DNA of 63,873 nucleotides, filler included, from Conidiobolus incongruus B7586 (Eukaryota), in the NCBI GenBank assembly GCA_000697335.1. It is 24 parts of 24 records of this genome, joined end to end, with 100 filler letters (N's around TTAATTAATTAA, not from the genome) between each part and the next. Parts side by side here need not be neighbours in the genome. Positions count along the whole stretch, not along the records: positions 41,787 to 42,878 come from JNEM01005632.1; positions 42,979 to 44,029 come from JNEM01005634.1; positions 44,130 to 45,573 come from JNEM01005637.1; positions 45,674 to 47,002 come from JNEM01005638.1; positions 47,103 to 49,418 come from JNEM01005639.1; positions 49,519 to 51,115 come from JNEM01005641.1; positions 51,216 to 52,755 come from JNEM01005644.1; positions 52,856 to 59,308 come from JNEM01005658.1; 16 more parts are not named here. One strand, given 5' to 3'. Below the pieces are notes generated by a model, which saw only the letters and a program-made list of their open reading frames with translations, ran no database searches and was not told where the DNA came from. Shown here piece by piece: positions 41,787-53,304 of this stretch (its first letter is position 1; every line of letters starts with the position of its first letter). A program made the position numbers and the translations under genes.

Positions 41787-42878
41787 TATTAATAACAAAA
41801 TTAATATCTAATATATTTACCTTTTGTTTTTCTAACTTTTTTAAGTTTATAAGGTATAAAATCAACTAGCTTTTTATATTAAACAAAACTAATATTATTT
41901 TAAGTTTCTTAAATATACTCTTAAAATTAATTTAAATTTTTTGTTGGGGGGAAAGCTTTAATTAATTTTTTTAATTAATTTTAAAGATATTTAATTAGGT
42001 TAAGATTAAAAGATTAAAGAAGTTATTTCATAATAATTATTTTGTTATTTTTAAGCTATTTAATAATAGAATTTATAGTATAACAAAGTATATTAACTTA
42101 TTAGAAAATAATATTTGATTTCTTTAATCTATACTACTTAATAGTTTTTTTTAATTTATTATTTAAAATACTTTAATATATCTCAGCATTAATTCTTTTA
42201 TTAACCTTATAAAGATACTTTATACCTAAAGATAATATATATCCTTAAATTATAATTAACCTATCATTGTATTTTTAAATTATAATATTATAATAATTAT
42301 AAAGTAATTCTTTATTTTTTTTAAAACATCTAACTCTTTTATTTAATTTATTAAGATATATATTTATTTTATTAAACTAAATAATTTTACTCTAGTTAAT
42401 TTTAATTTAACTTTAGTATTAATATCTAAACTTTTGTTTAGCTTTAAAATAAAATTTCTTTAGTTAAAGGTGTTTTTTTTGTAATGTAAGTAGTATTTAT
42501 TCTAATATAAAGTATATATAATAGTATTAATACTAACTAATATTCTTATATAGTCTTATAATTCTTATTGTACTTTTATAATAATATTATATTTACCTAT
42601 ATTAACTAATCTACAAATATATTTTTTATCATGTTTATCTATAATTTTAGTATACTTAAGTTTTAATTTAGGTGTTTCTTTAACATTATTTTTAATAGCT
42701 TTAGTTATAATAAATTAGCTAATATTAGTAATTCTAGCAATCTCACAAGTTGATTTATTTTCATTATAAAGTTGATTAATATATAAGTACACTTTTTTAA
42801 AGAGAGATATAAGCATTATAATATTAATTTTAAAATATTAGCTTAATAATTTTATAATATATATAATACAACAAAAGA
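41787..42878 (-). mobile_element. Tc1 (DD34E) copy, bounded by gaps
   Basis: Reverse complement of 5390-6475; retains the ATG start. Confidence 0.88.
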
Positions 42879-42978
42879 NNNNNNNNNNNNNNNNNNNNNN
42901 NNNNNNNNNNNNNNNNNNNNNNTTAATTAATTAANNNNNNNNNNNNNNNNNNNNNNNNNNNNNNNNNNNNNNNNNNNN

Positions 42979-44029
42979 GATTTATTTTTTTTAGTGATAT
43001 TTAATATATTTAAATATATCTTATTAAATTTCTCAATTAATTATTTTATATAAATTTTATTTAAGTTAAAAAAGCTATTATCTTGTTAATTAAACTTAAT
43101 CTTTTAAGTAATATCTTTTTTTAAAAGCTTTTTCTAATTATTTAAAAGTTTATATTTTTATAGTAGATTATTCCCCTAAAGATTTTTTTAAATTAAGCTT
43201 ATAATAAATTAACTACCAAATATAAATAGATTTTTCTGAAAAAAAAATAGCTAATTTAAAGGTATTCTTTAAATATTTATTGAAAATTGAATTAAGATAA
43301 TTCTTTATATTTTTAAAATAGTTTTTAAACTTATAAAAGTTTTTAAAACTATTGTTCAGAGACTAATTCTCTCAATTCTTATATATATTTTTATATTATT
43401 AAATTAACTATAAATTATATGATTAATTTATACTATCATAGCTAAAATAATTATATAAATAATATTGAATTATTTAATAAACTAGGCCCCTCTCTTTTTC
43501 TCTTAATTGTTATTATCTCTTATCTTTTTCACTATTTTTAAGATTGAGACTACATCCTGTCAATACTATAATATATTGGCATTACCTAATATAAATCTTA
43601 ATATATCAGTGACTTATCCCAGTTCAAAGCTTAATTAAACTTTATTTACAAATGCACACTATAGCCACGTTATAGTACCACGTTCCGTGTCACGCTACTC
43701 TTATATTAAGTCTTCCTTTGCATTATATTGGTATTTGCAACTATGTTTACAATTATCATAAATAGTTAATTTATTTTTAAAAATATTAAAAAGATAATTT
43801 AATATATTAATAATAGTGAAAAAATTAATTTATTAGATTTAAACTTTTTAAATTATATTTTTCTTAACTAAAGGTGGTTTAATATTAATTTTTTAGAAAA
43901 TAGTAAGTTTTTAAAAATTAAAATTTTAAATTCACTTAATAATTAAGTTATTATTATCATTAACATAAATTAAAAATATTTTTTCTAATAGTATTATTAT
44001 ATATAATATTAAATTTAAATAAAATAAAT
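42979..44029. repeat. Unclassified repeat family D carrying a solo LTR insertion
   Basis: 43290-43352 joined to 43757-43930 matches the uninterrupted copy at 50160-50400. Confidence 0.6.
43353..43751 (+). mobile_element. Solo LTR, family C, best-preserved copy (399 bp)
   Basis: Termini TGTTCAGAG...GTTTACA. The 5-bp TSD actat/attat differs by one C>T. An empty homologous site with a single actat lies at ~50218-50222. Strand is nominal. Confidence 0.85.
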
Positions 44030-44129
44030 NNNNNNNNNNNNNNNNNNNNNNNNNNNNNNNNNNNNNNNNNNNNTTAATTAATTAANNNNNNNNNNNNNNN
44101 NNNNNNNNNNNNNNNNNNNNNNNNNNNNN

Positions 44130-45200
44130 ATATTTATAATATAAAAAAGGATAATATTTTGTGGAAAAATAGTATTTAAATTATTTAACTTATATTATTC
44201 AATAATTATTTTTATTTATTATATAAAATATTTCATTATATCTTAGTATTAATTTCTTTATTAATTTTATAAAAACATCTTATACCTAAAGATCATATAT
44301 ATTACTAAACTATAATTAACCTATTATTATATTTTTAGATTATAATAACATAATGGTTATAAAGTGGTTTTTTATTTTTTTTGAAATACCTAGCTTTTTT
44401 ATTAAATTTATTAAAATATATCTTTATTTTATCTGATTAAACAACCTTACTCTAGTTAGTTTCAATTTAACTTTAGTATTGATATTCAAATTCTTACCTA
44501 ACCATATAATAAAATTTCTTTAGTTAAGGGTGTTTTTTTTAAGATATGAATGATATCTATTCTAATATAAAACATATATAATAATATTAGTATTAACTAA
44601 TCTTCTTATACAGTCTTATAATCCTTGTTGTATTTCTATAATAATATTATATTTAACTATATTAATTAATTTTTAAATATACTTCTTATTATGCTTATCT
44701 ATAATTTTAATATATTTAAGTTTTAGTTTAGTTGTTTCTTTAGCATTATTTTTAATAACCCTAGTTATAACAAATTAGCTAATATTAGTAATTCTAGCAA
44801 TCTCACTAGTTAATTTATTTTTATTATAAAGTTGATTAATATATAAATGAACTTTTTTAAAGAGAGATTTAAGCATTATAATATTAATTTTAAAATATTA
44901 GATAAATAGTTTTATAATATATTTAATATAACAAAAGAAAAAAAAGATATATATAAGTTTTGTTATTTATACCCTTTTAACTTATAAACTTACAAATTTA
45001 TAACTCATCTTGGTTAAAATTTAGGTTTTAATATATTTACCAATAGCTAATGAAATATAATCAAATATAGTAAGTTATAATCAATTAATATGGATAAATT
45101 ATATATTTTAATTTAAATTTATTTAATTAAGATTTATTTAAGATATAGAAAAATATATAAGTAATTTTAATTTTATGACTTATTTTTATAAGCTAGTATA
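44130..45200 (-). mobile_element. Tc1 (DD34E) copy: 5' two-thirds of the transposase and complete left TIR
   Basis: Reverse complement of 5390-6190. 44985-45200 matches the right end of the 5.4-kb copy (6488-6702), defining TIRs of ~210-220 bp. Confidence 0.85.
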
Positions 45201-45573
45201 TACTTATTAATATCTTAATTAACTTGTAATTAAATAAATTTAAATTAAAATATATAATTTACCTATATTAATAGATTATAATTCATTATATTTGGTTATA
45301 TTTTATTCATTATGGGTTAATCTATCAAAAGAATAAATTTTAACTAAGTTATAATTTACAAGTTTATAATTAAAAAAAATATCATTATCAAAACTTGTAT
45401 ATATATATTTTCCTTTATTATATTATATTTTTTATAAAAATATTAAGTTAATATTTTAAAAATAATATTATAATATTTAAATCTTTCTTTAAAAATATTT
45501 ACTTATATATTAATTAATTATATAATTAAAGTAAATCAACTTATAAGATTATTAGAATTATTAATATTAGTTA
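45201..45573 (+). mobile_element. Tc1 left-end fragment, head-to-head with the preceding copy
   Basis: The TIR lacks its outermost ~35-40 nt and is followed by the transposase start region (ataatatttaaatctttc...). Confidence 0.7.
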
Positions 45574-47912
45574 NNNNNNNNNNNNNNNNNNNNNNNNNNN
45601 NNNNNNNNNNNNNNNNNTTAATTAATTAANNNNNNNNNNNNNNNNNNNNNNNNNNNNNNNNNNNNNNNNNNNNTCGAAATTATTGTGAAAATTGAAACAA
45701 AATATTATTAGCTTTGTTTAGTTAAATTAGTTTAGAATTATAATAATATTTAGATAATTTATTAAAAAATTAAATATAAAACTTAACTAAAATATAATAA
45801 ACTTATTCTCTTATAAATTTTGAATAAAATTTAAAAACAAATTTAATTTGATTATATAAATATCTTTGAAACAATAAATATTAATAAAAACCTATTAACT
45901 ATAATAAATTATATTTTTTAATTATGTTTATTTTATCTTTGATTTCAAAACTTTTATAGTTACAGATATTATATAATTATTATTTTTTGATTTTTTTACC
46001 TATTATAGAACTTTATAAATTAATAATTAAATAAAATATATAATTTAACCGTGATTTTAAAGGTTATTATTTTTTTCCATAAAAATTAGCCTTGTTATAT
46101 TTATTACTAATAATATTTAACTAATAATTTAATGGAAAAAATATCAAAATTTAAAACAAAATAATTAAAGCTTATATTAATATTAATAAATTAAATTAAA
46201 ATACTTATATTTATCAATTTTGGTATCTATTTAACACATTAATAAAAAATTAACTATTTTGGCTCTAATTTTATTAATATAAATAAATATATTAATTTAT
46301 TAATTATTCTAAAACTTTAAATTAAATTATCTTTAAATTTTATTAAATTTTAATCTAATATCAAGTATAATAATTCTATTATTAAATTTAATCTAAAAGA
46401 GAATTAAAGGATTATAGAAAAAATAATATTAAAAATTATTTAGAAATCTTTTTAAATATTAAATCAATATATTTATTTTTTTAGAATAATCTATCTTTAT
46501 ATTGATTTTACTTAAAGCTAACTTAAATCTAAAATATTTATTACTTTATTGAACCCTTATAAATTTATTTTATAAATTAAAATTTTCAAAATATTATGCT
46601 GAAATTACGATTAATTTTACATTTTGACTTGATTTTTTATTTATTTAAAATTAAACCTTATTTTAAAAATTATAATATTTTTTTAATAATTACAAATCCT
46701 AATATTAAATTTATTTATTTAATTTAATAAGGAATAAGATTATTATTTTAAATATATATTTAAATTCAAATTTATTACTAATAAACTTTAACTTTATATA
46801 AAATAATTAGGTTATCCTATTAATAAAATTATTTAACAATATTTAAAGAATATTTAGATTATTTCAACTTATTATACCTATTTATAAAAATCTAAAGGAT
46901 GTGTTTTTTTCAGAAACTTATTAAGATAATATTAAAAGATAATTTTTTTCATCTATATATATATATATTTCTTAATAATTTAATTAATTATAAATAATAT
47001 TANNNNNNNNNNNNNNNNNNNNNNNNNNNNNNNNNNNNNNNNNNNNTTAATTAATTAANNNNNNNNNNNNNNNNNNNNNNNNNNNNNNNNNNNNNNNNNN
47101 NNGTCTATAAAATTATTTATTATAATTTTTATATAACAAGTTAAATATCTAATATAAATATTGAACTTTTTATAGTTTTTATATATTTTTTAATTTAATT
47201 ATTTATTATATAATATTTTTAATATTTATACATATTTTATATTAATTAAGTATAATGAAATAATAATATTAAAAAAAATAATATATTTTTTAAAAATTTA
47301 TATAATAAGAAATAAGGATGACAATTTAATTAATATTAAATTTCATAATAATTTTTGATTAATTTAATATTAATTATATAAGTGAAATTTTTTTATCCGA
47401 CCAAATAATTAAAGTTTTTACTATTATATAATATCTGTGATTTTTTTAATATTAATGGTAAATAAAGATATATTAAATAATGTGATTTTTTTGTTCATTA
47501 TCTTTACTTAATTTTGCTTAAAAAATATTATTTTATATTATCAAATAATATTTAATATTAAATTTATCAATAAATATATTTATTTAATTTTGATAATTTT
47601 ATTTAATAGTCAAAGCATTCAATTATAATAATTTATTCAAAAATAAAATAAATAAAATAATTTTTAATAAAAATTGCTTAATAAAGTAAATATAATATAA
47701 TAATTTATCATTATTTAATATATATTAATTATTAAAAATTAGTTGTAAAATTAAAAATATTTATATTTTTTTTATTATCTTAAATAAATTTTCTAGAAAA
47801 TTTATATCAAACTATGTAATTAATATATAAACCCATAAAAATAAGTTATATAATCAAAAACATTTATATTTTCACTAATAATTTAACTCATATTTATTAA
47901 AATAAGCCTAAA

Positions 47913-48234
47913 TGTATTATCCTAGTGTTGGAAACTAGGATAATTATATTGAATTAAGTTGGATTATTGGTAAATGATAAGATTAGAATATAGTTATGGA
48001 GTTTTATTGGAAATCTTTGATAGAGACTTAATGTTATAGCTAGGTAATTAGGTAGGTTGATGAATGAATAGACAGATAGATAGGTAGGTAAATAGATCTC
48101 TGTTATATTTCCTCCCCTCTATACTAGGATAAGAATGGATCAATTTAAGGGAAAGTAGGATAAGAGGTAAATTATGGGTAAACTGACATAAAAGGTAAAT
48201 ATATATAGATTAATTGGATAGATATGTGACAACA
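47913..48234. mobile_element. G-rich ~320-bp insert, candidate solo LTR of a third family, between Tc1 TIR remnants
   Basis: TG...ACA ends (tgtatt...tgtgacaaca), composition distinct from the flanks, and an internal 11-bp stem hairpin at 47916-47944. No convincing TSD. Confidence 0.35.
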
Positions 48235-48239
48235 AATTC

Positions 48240-49418
48240 AATAATTAAAATTATATATTTTTATTAATAATATAAATCATTAATTGATAATATCTAGTTA
48301 TTAATTGGTTAAAATATCAACCCTCAAATTTTACCTAAAATGAGTTATAAATTTATAGGTTTTTTGGTGATAAAATATTAAAACTTAATATATCTCTCTT
48401 TAATTTTTTTAATTTCTGTAAGTTTATAGGGTATATAATTAATTTACTTTTTATATTAATAAGGGTTAGTTTTATTTTTTGCTTTTTAAACTTATTTTTA
48501 AAGTTAATCTAAATTTTCTGTTAAAAAAAATTTTAAAATCTTTTGAAATAATTTTAAAATTATATAATTTAATTAAAGTTAAGAGATTAAAAAGGCTACT
48601 TTATAATTATTATTTTATTATTTTTAAGTTATTTAATAATAAAAGTTATAATATAACAAAAAATATTATCTTATTGGAAAATGATAATAAATTTATTTAA
48701 CTTATATTATTAAATAGTTTTTTTAATTTATTATTTAGAATATTTTAATTTATCTCAATATTAATTCCCCTATTAACTTTATAAAAATATTTAATATTTA
48801 CAGAAAATATATATCCTTAAATATTAATTAGCATATTATTATACTTTTGGGTAAAATTAATATGCAGGTGATAAAATAATTTTATTTTTTTGAAATATCT
48901 AGTTTTTTTTATTAAATCTATTAAAATATATTTTTATTTAGTGATATTAATTAACCTTACTTTAATTAATATTAATTTAATATTAATAATAGTATTTAAA
49001 TACTTATCTAATTTTATAATGGGATTTTTTGAATTAAGGGTATTTTTTCTTAAAATATAGGTAATATCCATATTAATATATAATATCAATAATAATATTA
49101 AAATTAACTAATATTTTTATATAGTTTTATAAATCTTGTTATATATTTATAATAATACTATACTTGTTTATATCAATTAATTTATAAATATACTTCTTAT
49201 TATATTTTTTTAAAATCTTAATATATTTTAGTTTAAGTTTAAATATATTTTGTTATTATTTTTAATAACCTTAACTATATTAAACTAGTTAACAATAGTA
49301 ATTTTAATAATATTTTAAGTTAATTTATTTTTTTATAAAGTTAATTAATATATAAATAAATTATTTTAAAAAGGGATATAAATATAATAATATTAATATA
49401 AAAATTTAATATATTTAT
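48240..49418 (-). mobile_element. Tc1 (DD34E) copy, decayed
   Basis: The reverse complement encodes PYKLTEIKKIKERYIK at the C-terminus and is collinear with the family. A further TIR remnant lies at ~47721-47912. Confidence 0.8.
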
Positions 49419-49518
49419 NNNNNNNNNNNNNNNNNNNNNNNNNNNNNNNNNNNNNNNNNNNNTTAATTAATTAANNNNNNNNNNNNNNNNNNNNNNNNNN
49501 NNNNNNNNNNNNNNNNNN

Positions 49519-50135
49519 ATTATTTATTAAATGATAATATTTAGCTATTATTTAGTTAAAATATTAAATATTTAAATTTTATATAAGATAAGTTATAAAT
49601 TTATAGATTTTTAATAATAAAAAAATTAAAACTTAATATATCTATATTTGACTTTTTTAATTTTTTTAAGTTTAAAGGATATAAAACCAATTAATTTCTT
49701 ATAATAAGAAAGTTTAATCTTGGTTTATACTACTTAAATATATTTTTAAAACTAATTTAAATCTTTTGTTAATGGGAAAACTTTAATAGCTTTTATTAAC
49801 TAATTTCAAAAATATTTAATTAAGTTAAGGTTAAGATATCAAAGAAGCTATTTTATAACTATTATTATGTTATTTTTAAGTTAATTGGTAATAAAAGTTA
49901 TAATATAATAAAAGGTATTATCTTTTTGGAAAATAAAATTAAAATTGTTTAACCTATAATATTCAATAATATTTTTGAATTTAATATTTAAAATACTTTG
50001 ATATATCTGAATATTAATTCCTTTATTAATTTTATAAAACTATTTTATACTAAAAAATATATATTTTTAAATAATAATTAAATTATTATTATACTTTTAA
50101 GTAAAATTAATAATAATTATAGAAAAAAATTTAAT
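49519..50135 (-). mobile_element. Tc1 (DD34E) 3' fragment
   Basis: Collinear with 48280-48890. Confidence 0.75.
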
Positions 50136-50149
50136 TTTTTTAAATCTTT

Positions 50150-50480
50150 ATTTAAAATGAAATCAAGATAATTCTTTATATATTTATAATAGTTTTTAAG
50201 CTTTTAGAGGTATTTAAAACTATTATAAATAGTTAATTTATATTAACAACATTAAAGAGGTGATTTAATATATTAATAATAGTGAAATAATTAAATAGTT
50301 AGATTTAAGCTTTTTAAGTTATATTTTTCTTAATCAATTGTTATTTAATAAAATCTTTTAAAGGGTAATAAGCTTTTAAAGATTAAAATCTTTAATTCAT
50401 TAAATAATTAAGTTATTATTATTATTAAAATAATATGAGGGTTTTTTTAATAATAATATAATATATAATATCAAATTTAA
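50150..50480. repeat. Unclassified repeat family D (empty-site copy)
   Basis: Matches both flanks of the 43353-43751 LTR contiguously. Confidence 0.65.
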
Positions 50481-50582
50481 ATAAAATAAATTATAAATAA
50501 AAAATAAAATAATAATAAATAAATTTAACTTTAATATTAATAAATTTTCAAAATAATATTTTAATGGTTTTTTTACTATTGC

Positions 50583-50969
50583 TATAAAGGTTAAATAATA
50601 AAAGATTACTAATATAATATAAAGAAAAACTTGATATAAAAGTAATATGATATAAAATATGATAATATAATATAAGATAGTAAACAAAGTTTAATTAAGG
50701 TTTAAATTAAGATAAGTTACTAATATTATAAGATTGATATTAATTAATATTAATATATTACAATATTAATAAAATATAGTTTCAATCTTAAAAATAATAT
50801 AAAAAATAAAAAATAATAATAATTGAGAGAAAAAAAAATTACGTATAAAAATATTAAATGCTATTAATATAATTAATTTAGCTATAAAAATATAAATTAA
50901 TTATATAATTTATAGTTAGTTAAATTAAAAAAAATATATATATAAATTTAAATGACAAATTTTTTAACA
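50583..50969 (-). mobile_element. Solo LTR, family C
   Basis: Reverse complement of the family core (aaacaaagtttaattaagg...gataagttac; ttgagagaaaaaa). Confidence 0.7.
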
Positions 50970-51215
50970 AAATTCATTTAATTAAGAATTTTTTTTAGCA
51001 AAAAATAAAAATCAATAAGATTAGTATTTAATAATATATTTTTATAAATTAATATATATAAGTTTAATTATCTATATTTATTTAAATAAGAGAATATAAT
51101 TTTATAATATTTTCTNNNNNNNNNNNNNNNNNNNNNNNNNNNNNNNNNNNNNNNNNNNNTTAATTAATTAANNNNNNNNNNNNNNNNNNNNNNNNNNNNN
51201 NNNNNNNNNNNNNNN

Positions 51216-52445
51216 AGATAATTTATAAATATAATATCAAGGAAAATAAATATTCTCAAATTATATATATTTAATTTAATTATTCTTTATTAAAATATTT
51301 TAATTTTAATATTTATAGTTAAATTTAATTATATTTAAATTAGATAATAATTATCAAAAGGTTTTATTTTTATATTTTTAAAACTTAATTATAAATTTTT
51401 TAAAATTATTTAAAACTTGTAAATAGCTTATAAAGATGATATTTTATCTAAAGCTACCATATATTGCTAGATTTGTGATTTTAAAGCTAAAAAGGATATT
51501 ATTTAAAATTTACCAAAATTTAAAAAATTAATTTTAATTGTTATTTTTTCATTTATTAATAAAATAAAAAATATATTAACAAATACTTTTCTATTTTAGT
51601 TAAGGAATTATTAAAATAATTGATTATTAATTATATCAACATATTATATATATTTAAGTTTAAACTTTAATTAATAAAAATATAAAATAGATATTTTATA
51701 ATTTAACAAAAATCTAAACAAAAATTAAAATAGCTATAGCTAAACTAAACTTGTTAAAATAAAACTTAAAACAAAATTTTTTACCATAAATACTTATAAT
51801 TAATAAATTTTAAATTCTTTTATATTATTTTTTACTTAAAAATAAAACAAGATATTAAGTAAACTTAATTTTTTTTATAAATTCTAATGAATCAATACTT
51901 TAAATATAAACAAATATTAATTATTATAATAGGTTATAATGATATATAGTTTCCTTATTTAATATCTTAAGGAAAATTAATTAATAGTTAATTATATATT
52001 ATTTTTTTAAATAAAACAATTTTTAAATAATGTTTTTAATATAAATTAAAGATATTTATTAATATTAATAATAATTTCAAAATATATAAAACTAAAAATA
52101 TAAAAAATTTTATATATAAAAATATGAAGTTATTATTTTTAAAATACTCACCTAATTATAACCCATATGATTATAATTATTTTAAACAATTCAAAAATCA
52201 GTTTATAAGAAACAAAATTCTTGCAAAAAAATTAAATTAGTTCATAAAATATTAAATTTTATTTTTTAATAAAAAGAACTATTTTTTAGGTATTAAAAGC
52301 TTACTAAAAGTATAGAAAATAGTTATTAATAATAAAAGAGTATATTAATTTTATTTTATCTATTAAATTTTATTTATTATATATTGATTTATTTATTTAA
52401 TTTTATTTTTAAAATTGTGCCATTATTTGGTTTCTATATTAATAA
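51216..52445 (+). mobile_element. Mariner (DD34D) element, second subfamily
   Basis: Retains YSPNYNPYDY and is collinear with 35370-36585. Confidence 0.8.
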
Positions 52446-53304
52446 ATGAATTATAATAATCTTAAGTTAAAAAATATATTATATTAATTTTAAAAATTGA
52501 TAATTTAATAAATATATTGAAACCTTAATCTTTTAATTATGAAATTTTTAATAGGATATAGAAATAATAATAATATTGATTTATATTGAATATCAAAGAA
52601 TTATTTTATTTTTTTTATATATTTATAAATAAAATATAAAATTATAAATATTTTTAATTTTAATTTATTCTTATAAAATAGATAAATAAATAAATATCAA
52701 TCAAATCTAAAACTATAATATTTTTTATATTTAAAAGACTTACATTAAATAATATNNNNNNNNNNNNNNNNNNNNNNNNNNNNNNNNNNNNNNNNNNNNT
52801 TAATTAATTAANNNNNNNNNNNNNNNNNNNNNNNNNNNNNNNNNNNNNNNNNNNNTTCACTAATTATTTTTTTATATTAAATTTATTTTTTTAACAATTA
52901 TTATAAGATTTATAGTAATATTTTATCAACTTAATTAATTTTGATATATAATATTTTACTTGAATTCTATTAATAAATTAAATTTAACTTTAATATCTAT
53001 TTAACTTATAGTTATAATATTATTTTAAAATCTTTAATTTAAGGTTAAAAACTTTTAAAATATATAACTTATTATATTTATATAGCAAATTATTTAATAT
53101 TTAAAATTTTTTATATTCAAGAAACTTTTTCTTATTATTTTTTTTATTTTAATTTTAATTATCAAATAAAAGTTATTATATTGTATTTTTTCTTTTAAAG
53201 TCTAAAAGTTTTTATTATTTAACATGATAATTGTTAAGTTTATTTCAATTAGCTTTTTATATATATTCTATATTAATATATAAATTATATCTTTACTTAA
53301 TATA

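Noticed and set aside
4494..50687. ORFs 4494-4712, 10025-10213, 48479-48700 and 50400-50687 as small membrane proteins
   Set aside because: Their I/L/F/Y/K/N-rich composition is what chance ORFs in very AT-rich DNA give; several lie within or across decayed repeats.
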